Of a stretch of DNA of 64,000 bases, positions 28,001-36,300 are shown piece after piece. The first letter of the stretch is position 1, and each line of letters opens with the position of its first letter. Made by a program: the position numbers and the translations under genes. This DNA comes from Candidatus Latescibacterota bacterium (lineage in GTDB: Bacteria > Latescibacterota > UBA2968 > UBA8231), in assembly GCA_036343635.1 (NCBI GenBank), contig JAYYVF010000066.1, forward strand, positions 89,931 to 153,930. The letters run 5' to 3'. A model generated the notes under the pieces. That model did no database searches and was not told the DNA's origin. It saw nothing but the letters and a program-made list of their open reading frames with translations.

Positions 28001-29150
28001 AAAGATGTGCTTCACCGCCTGGCTCAATATTAACACTAGTTGCGGGTCCTATGGTACCGCCTGGCACGATAGTCCGAATTCGGTTGTTGCCTTGGTCGAT
28101 GACGAATAGGGTATCACCAAATTGACAAAAGCTAGTCGGATTCTTCCATTGTGCTCGGTTTGCAGGTGCATTTTCGCCTTTAAAGTTGGCGATATCGTCA
28201 CCGGAGATAGTCCGAATATGGCGATTGGGGATTATTTGTCTTATTCGTTGATTGAAACGATCTGCAATATAAACCGCGGACTGATCATCCAACAATACAT
28301 GGCTTGGAAACGATAAGCGAGCGTCGATGGGTAATCCCCCATCGCCAGAAAATCCTGGAACACCGGTTCCTGCAAATGTAGATAATTGCCCGTCAATATT
28401 ATTTAAAAAACGTATTCTATGATTTCCGCTGTCGGCGATATAGACATTGTGTTTTATGTCTACAAAAATACCGCGTGGCATTTTAAGAGTGGCTTTTGTC
28501 CCTTTGATATTATCAAGAAACAATCCTTCGGTTGTATCGTTTCCAGCAATTGTAGTTATAATACCGCTGCCGTTTATACTCCGTAGCCTATTATTTCCGC
28601 TATCAGAAACATAGATTGTATCACCTCGAATATATAACCCTGTTGGGGAATTTAGTTGGGCAGATGTTGCTAAACCTCCATCTCCAGAAAACCCCCTAAC
28701 TTGCGTCCCAGCAACCGTAGTCATATTTCCACTATTATCTATGCGGCGAACACTATGGTTCCCAGTATCGGTTAAGTAAATATTTCCATTTCCATCCACT
28801 ACCACTGATGTGGGCGTATTCAAATTGCGAGAAATAGCAGCACCATCACCATTGTATGAGGCAACTCCGGTTCCGGCAATCGTCGTAATAGTTCCGCGGT
28901 TGGTATTTATGTGTCTTATACGGTGATTACCTGTATCTGCAATGTATAGGGACCCATTGTTTGCGCGCCAAACAGAACTTGGGCCACTCAATTTGGCGTT
29001 CATAGGCGTAGCACCATCACCGGAAAATCCTTTAACACCGTTTCCAGCTATGGTTGCTACGGTCTGAGCTCTGATCGTTGATGGAATTACAGCCAATAGG
29101 AAAATCAGAGTCCATTGCGTAAGGTGGTTGTTGATCTGCAGATAATACAT
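25014..29150 (-). CDS. Giant secreted protein: 6-blade NHL beta-propeller + Ig-like region + ~7 cadherin-like ~95-aa repeats + C-terminal dockerin-like module (no T9SS CTD)
   Basis: Six NHL blades ('GNHRIRHIN', 'GNHSVRRID', 'GNNRLRSIN', 'GNHRIRFLN', 'FNQRIRQII', 'GNNRIRTIV'). Repeat boundaries at 'NDPPVI', 'VNDYPAF', 'KNDPPNL' and 'VNSPPIL'. The C-terminus is 'CDFDRDGLVDLTDFFILADVFG...DIAPNGKIDFDDFFLFAESFG'. Confidence 0.8.
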   Translation of the reverse strand: MYYLQINNHLTQWTLIFLLAVIPSTIRAQTVATIAGNGVKGFSGDGATPMNAKLSGPSSVWRANNGSLYIADTGNHRIRHINTNRGTITTIAGTGVASYNGDGAAISRNLNTPTSVVVDGNGNIYLTDTGNHSVRRIDNSGNMTTVAGTQVRGFSGDGGLATSAQLNSPTGLYIRGDTIYVSDSGNNRLRSINGSGIITTIAGNDTTEGLFLDNIKGTKATLKMPRGIFVDIKHNVYIADSGNHRIRFLNNIDGQLSTFAGTGVPGFSGDGGLPIDARLSFPSHVLLDDQSAVYIADRFNQRIRQIIPNRHIRTISGDDIANFKGENAPANRAQWKNPTSFCQFGDTLFVIDQGNNRIRTIVPGGTIGPATSVNIEPGGEAHLFSIAYTGDGKTSINGVHFTASDLQTATGFEQSDVRSFNLYENDKNTLTDATQIGLLDSANFSLGIEAFVSVSTARTPEEDQTRYYILSVVFSRHATQNHAMRISAPTGALSTNVGGYGTAIAADDTKAFFVNVNSTKLSFQIQPQGSLSGHFLKQQPTVYAIDENGLIDYNFSDTVAVYTSGSGTLFGHTAIAKNGKVTFTSLRYDTESDDEKTYLIARNVADNKYDALESPPSELFATNVSNDPPVIQLESSYSFIEDDPIGITLPLEHTIFDEDEDELSIKHNGNKTEIVLTNTSITMRPFPNLYGLDTLTITARDDLGLETSKTISIQIQPVNDYPAFSSFDTLRFSEDDTLSIPVKSLIIDTDNALSELETYFSPSKGLFINNIADEQILKLWTGDNTNGLFAIDIETKDLSRISQNKQFMVLVEPKNDPPNLTMKKLTIQQGYKAKIDLKQLTTDIDSAPPNLYWTAMYDSLITVEIDSEGNATLVPSPPFHGKRQLVFTAHNQDGKSSIDTLDLVIKKVNSPPILSNPDTLYLSSNETLHIELDNWVNDKDDSLETLNWSFSELPGAIIEKNVLTWIPPTENPSSFYILKLLVKDPHQKTDSGEVTIILNGTEPLLRQIPTIQFSPYKEFNFDIGPYMGPQADQIILDPSKQLTAAFDTSKKSISIQAINGFKGNTRLNITAESKVGRQLVMEIPVIITNPLPTINTFPDIFLRAGELFRISLDHFAVDDEPVDSLTWSAMPESGLQVSIHTVLNTATVSANNAETGLRSIDFTATDRQGATARQSLNVMIHESASSDEPTSEVQSNSEPVIIDINSTDFPSIQTISRKKIEIRKLPDITLFGLGKTKIDLNRYIESSHKADQLSWRAHIIPNQLFTFEIDSSQTLSISANSFPTNGTLHLQASDNYGIATTITTPIRPYSTLQINSCDFDRDGLVDLTDFFILADVFGQTLTDSAWNPNIDIAPNGKIDFDDFFLFAESFGKSKIIHY
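25017..25202 (-). other. Dockerin-like duplicated Ca-binding loop-helix module (approximate coordinates)
   Basis: Two segments, 'DFDRDGLVDLTDFFILADVF' and 'DIAPNGKIDFDDFFLFAESF', match the DxDxDGxxDxxD + helix pattern of type-I dockerins. Confidence 0.65.
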
Positions 29151-29273
29151 ATCGTAAGTCTGGTTATGTTGATTGCTATTAACTAACTATCCAAGCAATT
29201 AAAGGATTTGAAGGTGCGAGCGATATACTAAAGAGAGACCTTCTTTTATTATGTCGGCTAGAAAACGAAAAAC

Positions 29274-32200
29274 ATGAACATTCTCCGCAATTATTTTTTA
29301 ATATATTTAGTTGTAAGTTTAAGTCCTGCAGTGAGTTGGAGCCAGTCCGCTTCGGTGTCTCCCAGTGGTCTGTCTAGGATACCCTTTGGGGCTACTGTTG
29401 ACAATCCGTTTTGGCAGCGTCTGAAGATCGAATTAAACGAGCACCCTTCTGCGGGAGACACGATAATTGTTCGATTACCTAGTGAAATTGGGATAGCCGA
29501 TACAGACCGCGATGGAGAGTTAGTAGATGAAGTGAATGTAGAAGATTCATCTGGTATTGGTACTGGCTATCGGGTAGTCCAAAATGTTAGTAGTCGAAGA
29601 ATCGTTTTGAAAAGCACCTATGGGGGATTGAAGGGAACAATTTATGTTCATTTTCCCATTGTGAGCCCATCAAATACTAACTCTTCTCAACTGGCATATG
29701 GGCAGATTTCCTTTTCCAACAGTAGGGAACAACCCATTTCAGCGGGCATGCTAATGCTAAACATTGTCCAGCCACGGGATCTAAATGTAGTTCAATTAAA
29801 TTCAGTTTTCGATCGAGCACTGGCTGATACAACAACTAATCCGCAGGGAGATATTTTCCCCACTAATTATTCAGAGGATGAGGGGATCCGGTTCCCGGAT
29901 TTTGTGCAAGACGAAAGTGGTTATGTAGGGAGATATGGTCTTGTTTCTGGGAATACGAATCCCGACGGGAACAATAGCAATGATACTAAATTTTTTGTAT
30001 GGATATCGACGAATGGAAATCTAGATCGTGTCTATGGGGATGTGGCCACGCCTGCTATAAGTAGCGACACCGGAGAATCTATCGGAGCAATAGAGGGCGA
30101 TTTGATGGAATTCAAATTAAAAATTGAAGATTTAGAAGAATTAGTCTATTACGTCTATATCACTTCGAATTTAACGGGTGACTTTCCATTGGCAAGGAGC
30201 AGAGGCATTCGAATTCGGCATGATCCTGTTATTTCATGGGTTGGGGAATTTTTAAGTGATGATAGTGACTATTTGGATTCAGGTAATTTACTTGATTTAG
30301 ATACGGGGGAGCCCGGTGCCCAGTGGAAGTCTCGCAATTCTATGCAAGTTAATTTTAAAGCGATTGATTACAACGACACCGCAACTGTAAAACTTTATTA
30401 CGCAACAGCTGACACTCTTGAAAAGGATTTTTTAATAATTAGTGGTTCGAGTCCCAACTTAGTTGTTGAGGGATTGAAGGAAGCAGAGCCGATAGACTCT
30501 ACAAAAATACTTCTAGAAGGTAGGGATACCGGCCAGTATTGGAATATTGCGATATCGGATTCTATTTACGTCCCTACCGGTGATTACTACATCTATGGTG
30601 TGATAAATGATGGAAAAACGCAAGCAGTTCAGAGATCCAAGCACAGCTTCCGTGTGCGACATTCTCCCTTTATAGCCTTAGACGTACGAAAAGATCGATT
30701 TATCCACACTGGAGGGAGTCTTGGTGAACGGTATTATACTATCACTTGGAATGGAGATCGTGGCCATGAGGGAGATAGAGCAATTGGGGATAGTGCAAAA
30801 ATCTCATTGTATTATAGCAGTCGATTTGATTATTCCATCCCTGATGGAGCAGAAGATATCGCCTCTGCTGCTGCGGATTCTTCAAAAGATACACACTTGA
30901 TTATTGATGGACTCGAAGAAAAAGACGATCGACGTATTGACAATCAATATGAATGGGACATTTGGACTTATCATAATCCTGACGATGGGGGAGTGCCTCG
31001 TGAAGGAGTTGATTATGGAATATATGCCATAGTTGAAACCGACTCTATGCGACGTTTGGTTCGATGGAATGATGAGTCAGATCAGCCACAGGTTCTTCAG
31101 TTTAGTCACGAGCCATTTCTTCGAGTTGTGGAACCTGCTAATACTTTTGAATTCAATGGTCGGCACGGATTTGATGTTGCCTGGGAAGCAATCGATGTGG
31201 ATGATGAAGCGAGCATTTGGGTGATATTGACTTCGGCGTCTGCTGCAGAAATATTGGGAGATTCAACGAGTTACAGTGCTTTGCGGTCGGATGGAATCTC
31301 TGATTGGTTAGCTAATTCGGAAGATGGTTGTAGCTCTACGACACAGTTATTGACCGAAAGTTCTCAACAGAGATTCAGTGTACGTCCTGCCACACTCGTT
31401 AAAACTATGTCGTGCGTGCAAACGTCGATTACAGATGGAGATTATTATGTATATGTCGTGGTAGATGCGACGTTGGAAAGTCAGCCAAATGACGAAGCTT
31501 TGGCTCGTCGTGCCCCGGGTAGGGTAAAGATTACAGGGTTGGGACCGGCTGGTGCCGTTGGATTACCAAGATTAAATCTAGAGTTTTTACCCGCTACTGT
31601 GAATACCGGATCGTCGGGTGATACCGTTACAGTACAAATTTATCCTAATACGGGAGGGGAAGAGGTCGATTTGATTACGATTTTTGCTAGTGTAGACACC
31701 TCCTTAGTTCGATTAGTAGATCAGGTTTCTGGACAGGAAGGCGTCCAACCGTTTCAATTATCAAGTGAAGCTACTGGGATGGTACTGAGGGATACATTAC
31801 TCTCGGGTCAGGATAGTCTGTATGCGGGACAATATCTTCTAGACCTTGTTTATTATGAACAAATGGGAACCAAAAGGTATGATGGAAGGCGGTCCCTTGC
31901 TTCTATTCAATTTGTTACACGGGATACCGTTGGGTCTACTAACGTTTGGTTTAACCATTTAGGGACACGAAAGACGGCATTCTATCGAGATGGTAAGACA
32001 TTAGCAGACATAGCTTCGCATGATGCTATGAAAATAAATGTCCAAAGTCGGGGAAGTATTGATGGGAAAATCCCATTGCAAGGGCGCAAAGATTTTAGTG
32101 GGATAACAACGTTTTATCTAAGAGACCGAAACAGTTTTGAACCTATCAGTGACGCTCGATTTATTGCGGCAAATGATATCGATTCAACGTTGTTGGGAAT

Positions 32201-33296
32201 ACAGGATTCATTGTCCTTTGACGGAAGATTTTCTCTGGTAGATATCCCGAGAGGCGAGTATCAATTAGTTGTGAGGAGACCTGGCTACTTAGATGGACAA
32301 ATCCCATCGGTTCTTATAGATAATGGAAAAACTGTTTCTGATCTTCAACCTACTTTTCAAATGGATGGTAGATCTAATCCGGGTTACTTGCTTGGCGGCG
32401 ATGTCACTGGCTATGTGAATAAGGAAGGTAAATCTATCTCTGACAATGAAATAGACCAACTCGATATTGATTATGTTGTGGCGTATTTTGGTCAGACAGT
32501 AGAGGTAGGTGGAGATGCTACTTTCGCAGATATTGACGGAGATAGCCTTGTATGGATTGCCGATTTGAACATGGTCGCAGCAAATTTTAATTCGCAAGGT
32601 GTGGCACCCGTATTTAAGGCGTCTACTAAGACTTCTGAAAATCCTTCTACTATGAAGATTCTTTCCTCTGAATCGAATGGGCGCCTTCGAATTGAAGCTG
32701 TCTTAGAAGGTGTTTCGGGTATGCGGGCTTATGTCGTCCGAGTTAACTACGATTCAGAAACGTGGAGATGGATAGGTGCCGAAGATTTTTCATTTTCAGG
32801 TCGTCAAGCTGTGTTTGCAGAATATTTCTCTGAGGATGAGGTTGCTTGGGCGTCGGCATTGGTTGGATTTGGTGACGGAGTAAATAATAATTCTACGCTA
32901 GCGAGTTTCGAGTTCGAACGAGTTGGGGATGAGGACGTGCCAGTTCTTATTGCGGAGATGGAGTGGATGGATGTTTTGGGTGGCCGTCACAGAGCAAAAT
33001 TTAGTTCCTCCTCGCAAAAAGAGGTGGTTTTACTTCCTAATGTCCCCAATCCTTTTAACCCATATACGCAAGTAAGCTTCAATTTGCCATACGAAGGAAG
33101 GATAGATGTTGGTGTTTACGACGTACTAGGTCGCAGAGTTCGTTCATTAGTTGGGGGGCTCTCGAAACCAGGTTTGCACACGGTCATTTGGAATGGTAGG
33201 GATAATTCGGGTCGGGATGTGGCATCAGGCACATATTTTTTACGTTTGCGTTTCGATGATAGAATCTCGATTCGCAAGATGCTGTTACTTCGCTGA
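29274..33296 (+). CDS. Giant T9SS cargo 'A1': four ~145-aa unknown modules + cohesin-like + CarboxypepD_reg-like + dockerin-like + second cohesin-like + T9SS CTD
   Basis: Signal peptide 'LVVSLSPAVSWSQ'. Module ends at 'YYVYITSN..RSRGIRIRHDP', 'GDYYIYGVIND..RSKHSFRVRHSP', 'DYGIYAIVETD..FSHEP' and 'GDYYVYVVVDA'. 'GGDVTGYVNKEG...ADIDGDSLVWIADLNMVAANF' is the dockerin-like part. The CTD is listed separately. Paralog of 37341..41324. Confidence 0.8.
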   Translation: MNILRNYFLIYLVVSLSPAVSWSQSASVSPSGLSRIPFGATVDNPFWQRLKIELNEHPSAGDTIIVRLPSEIGIADTDRDGELVDEVNVEDSSGIGTGYRVVQNVSSRRIVLKSTYGGLKGTIYVHFPIVSPSNTNSSQLAYGQISFSNSREQPISAGMLMLNIVQPRDLNVVQLNSVFDRALADTTTNPQGDIFPTNYSEDEGIRFPDFVQDESGYVGRYGLVSGNTNPDGNNSNDTKFFVWISTNGNLDRVYGDVATPAISSDTGESIGAIEGDLMEFKLKIEDLEELVYYVYITSNLTGDFPLARSRGIRIRHDPVISWVGEFLSDDSDYLDSGNLLDLDTGEPGAQWKSRNSMQVNFKAIDYNDTATVKLYYATADTLEKDFLIISGSSPNLVVEGLKEAEPIDSTKILLEGRDTGQYWNIAISDSIYVPTGDYYIYGVINDGKTQAVQRSKHSFRVRHSPFIALDVRKDRFIHTGGSLGERYYTITWNGDRGHEGDRAIGDSAKISLYYSSRFDYSIPDGAEDIASAAADSSKDTHLIIDGLEEKDDRRIDNQYEWDIWTYHNPDDGGVPREGVDYGIYAIVETDSMRRLVRWNDESDQPQVLQFSHEPFLRVVEPANTFEFNGRHGFDVAWEAIDVDDEASIWVILTSASAAEILGDSTSYSALRSDGISDWLANSEDGCSSTTQLLTESSQQRFSVRPATLVKTMSCVQTSITDGDYYVYVVVDATLESQPNDEALARRAPGRVKITGLGPAGAVGLPRLNLEFLPATVNTGSSGDTVTVQIYPNTGGEEVDLITIFASVDTSLVRLVDQVSGQEGVQPFQLSSEATGMVLRDTLLSGQDSLYAGQYLLDLVYYEQMGTKRYDGRRSLASIQFVTRDTVGSTNVWFNHLGTRKTAFYRDGKTLADIASHDAMKINVQSRGSIDGKIPLQGRKDFSGITTFYLRDRNSFEPISDARFIAANDIDSTLLGIQDSLSFDGRFSLVDIPRGEYQLVVRRPGYLDGQIPSVLIDNGKTVSDLQPTFQMDGRSNPGYLLGGDVTGYVNKEGKSISDNEIDQLDIDYVVAYFGQTVEVGGDATFADIDGDSLVWIADLNMVAANFNSQGVAPVFKASTKTSENPSTMKILSSESNGRLRIEAVLEGVSGMRAYVVRVNYDSETWRWIGAEDFSFSGRQAVFAEYFSEDEVAWASALVGFGDGVNNNSTLASFEFERVGDEDVPVLIAEMEWMDVLGGRHRAKFSSSSQKEVVLLPNVPNPFNPYTQVSFNLPYEGRIDVGVYDVLGRRVRSLVGGLSKPGLHTVIWNGRDNSGRDVASGTYFLRLRFDDRISIRKMLLLR
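32394..32600 (+). other. Dockerin-like module in A1 (approximate coordinates)
   Basis: 'GGDVTGYVNKEGKSISDNEIDQLDIDYVVAYFG...ADIDGDSLVWIADLNMVAANFNSQG'. The second loop is canonical and the first carries an insertion. Confidence 0.5.
33030..33293 (+). other. T9SS type-A C-terminal sorting domain (Por_Secre_tail / FlgD-Ig-like) of A1
   Basis: 'LLPNVPNPFNPYTQVSFNLP...VYDVLGRRVRSL...VIWNGRDNSGRDVASGTYFLRL...MLLLR'. Confidence 0.85.
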
Positions 33297-33305
33297 GCTT
33301 TTATC

Positions 33306-36300
33306 ATGGGCGGATTAATATTCGCGTTGATAGTTTTTGCTAGTGAGCTTGTAGCAGATAATGCTTTTCTTTCTCTCAAAACTCCAGCGCCTCAAATAGT
33401 CAGTTTAGGAGATACGCTGTTGGTCGATATTCGAATTGACCCAAGATCTTCTTCAATGACTTCTGCCAGTGTCTACCTCCGATACGATTCTGACTTATTG
33501 AAAATTATTTCAGAGGAATTTGACGCCAATTCTGAATTAATACCTTTTCATAGTGGAAGTTTCTGGGAAGCGAATGTTTATCAAAATTCAATGGATAATG
33601 AGCGGGGGGAACTCAATTACGTGGTGGTTACTGGTCGTGATAACAATGGCTCTCGAATTGTTAGCTCGGTTACAGGCAGTTTGGCTCAAGTACGTTTCAA
33701 AGTAAGAAAAGTTCCAGAATTAGATAGGCGAGCTAAGGTTGAAATCCAAATGGCAGGTCGTAGGCAATCATCCTATACCTTACTAACTCAGCCAGGTGTT
33801 CAACATTTTTTTGATTTCAATAGAATCGGATTAGAATGGATTATTGCTCCGATTCCTTCAGGATTGGACCTTCCTAATACCAAAGATGTAAACGAGGCTC
33901 TTACGAGTAATTTCTCGGTACCTAATCGTGGGCTTTTGTCTTTATTAGAGGATTCTTCACCTGAGGTTTATAATTGGCTAGATCTAATCGGTGTTGAAGA
34001 ATCTATGGCCTTGAATTATGTGGGAACGAGTCGTGGATTGGCTGTGGAAATAGTTGGAGACAGTCTGTATTTAAGAAGCGCTCCCGATTATTTCGGAACA
34101 GGAGTTTTGGAGCTTAATGTCTGCGATGTTTACCATGAATGTGATTCGGTTGAATGGGAAGTTGAGATTGAAGGTCTCAACGATCCTCCGGAATTTGTGA
34201 AATTAATACCTATCGATTTGGTTCAAGGTGAGTCTCTACGTTGGTCCATAGATGATATAGTGTATGATGTGGATAACAGGACAAATGATCTGGAAATTAA
34301 TTGTGAATCAGAGAAGTCTATTCTAGCAACCTGTGGCTTAGGTGAAGTGGAAATACAGGGGATACTTCCTGGAAAGGGGCTTGTAGTTCTAAGTGCTACT
34401 GATCCAAGCGGAGCGACCACTATATTTCCATTGCAAGTAACGGTGAATCCAACGAAATCAGCATCTCCAAATGTTAGAAATGTTTTTAACGGTTATAGAT
34501 CCCTTGGTGAGGTGGGCCAAGTGGATTTACGCGAATATGTTTCTGATCATGATTCGCCTTGGGAATCAATCGTGTTACATCTTGATTCATCAGGTTTAAT
34601 GTGGGAATGGCACGAATCTTCAACTTCCATTGTGGAATTGGGATTTTTTGAAGAAGGTGAGGTTACGTTGTCATTGCGTGTCGAGGATTCAGACGGTAAT
34701 ACTGCTGAAGGCCTATTGTCCTGGTTTGTTGAAAAAAAACATACGTTTTCTCCTGAACAAGTCCCTGAAGATTTAAATTCTTCATTATCACGGAAAGATG
34801 AATTTAACAATTGGGGTCTAAATGTCCCTTCTGTACCAAATCTGCTTCCGGGGAATTCTATATTGATTCCTTTGCACACCTTTATCGAGGGAATTGTTGC
34901 TAATGAATTGGAGTGGAATATTGGAAGGCAAGAAACTATCAGAGCCAAGGTTTATCAGGGATTTGTTGAAATAAGTGCACCCTTGGGTGCGAAAGGTTTT
35001 GGTTGGTTTGAACTATCTGCTTTAGACGAAAAAGGGCATAGCGAAAACATTCGCGTAGAAATTTATTTAATGTCAGAATCTCCCGAACGAAGAATGTCAA
35101 CGACCGAGGTAACCAAGCAGGCTGATTCATTGTTGTCTGTTGATATTCCTGATGTAAGCCTTTCGTACGGAGAATCACTTTTCATCCCTTTAGGCCAGTA
35201 TGCAAATCCCTCGGTAGAATGGTCATATATGGGAGGCGAAGGTCTAAATGTTGTCTTGATTGATAGCGGGGCAACAATTACTTCCTCCGATTCAGTCACA
35301 TCTCAAAGTATCCTTCTTTTTACTGCGACTGATTTGTTTGGAAATGAGATCACGGATGTAGTCCGCGTTGATTTATTTAGTCGTGATTTAATCAAAATTA
35401 CGGACGAATATGAAATAGAAGAAAATGTAGAAAGGGTGGTAATTGAAAAATCAAGTGAAATTTTCATTGAAGGCTTAGAGGATATTACAGTAGATGTTGG
35501 TGAATTTAGAATTAGCGAATCATTGGATCAATTAATAGACGCTAAGGATATTACGAATATGTCGTGGAGTGTTCGCGGAGGGGTGTATGTAAAAATCACG
35601 ATTGATGATAATAGACGGCTTGTTATAAATGCGCAAAATGCTTTTGTGGGTCGTGAATTCTTTGTAGTAAGTGGCGGAAGTGGTAACGCCTCATTTGAAA
35701 TACCTCTTACGATCAATATCAATGAATCTATAGTACGCCTAGACAAAAAAACTGAATATGTAAATGCCTCAAATGATGGTTTCGCATTAAATAATTTACT
35801 TATAGGTGAAGGTGAGGTAGAAGAATGGGCAGTTCGATCTTCGGAAGCCAATGTTGTAGTTGAAAATGGGTTTTTGTACGTCTCTGGGAACCCTGGACTT
35901 TACAGTATAGAAGTAGAAGCACAATTAGTTGATGGTAGATGGATTAAAGGCGGTTTTGTCAATGTTGAAATTGGAAGCAATTATGATAGAAAAAATCTGG
36001 AAGAAAATGTCGATAATAGATATTTCCCGCCGAGCTTTGATATGCCCCCAGAGTTTGAAATAGTTGCAGGAGATTCGGCGCAGTGGATAGTCGTTGTAGA
36101 AGATAAAGATTCGTCTCCGGATCAGTTAATCCTTTCATTGAAAGGGAAACGAGGTGGTTTTTCTCTACAAGGCCGCCATCTTTTTTTTGATGGTTCTTCA
36201 GTACCTGACACTCTATATCTTTTTGTGGAAGACGAGTCTGGGATGACTGATGAAATAGCCGTGAAAATACGGGTGCGTAATATTGAAATAACGCCTCTTA

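Noticed and set aside
29097-29150. Possible frameshift or pseudogenisation at an A-run near the 5' end of the NHL giant gene
   Set aside because: My manual count of the short A homopolymer near 29100-29105 was ambiguous by one base. The supplied ORF track gives one uninterrupted 1378-aa ORF with a normal signal peptide, so I treat this as my counting uncertainty and not as a frameshift.
29230-29273. Shared motif AGA(C/T)CTTCTTT(T)A upstream of both A1 (about 29236) and A2 (about 37293) as a common regulatory element
   Set aside because: Only about 11 nt are similar in AT-rich spacers, and the distances to the ATG differ. By a rough estimate the match is compatible with chance. Comparative data would be needed.
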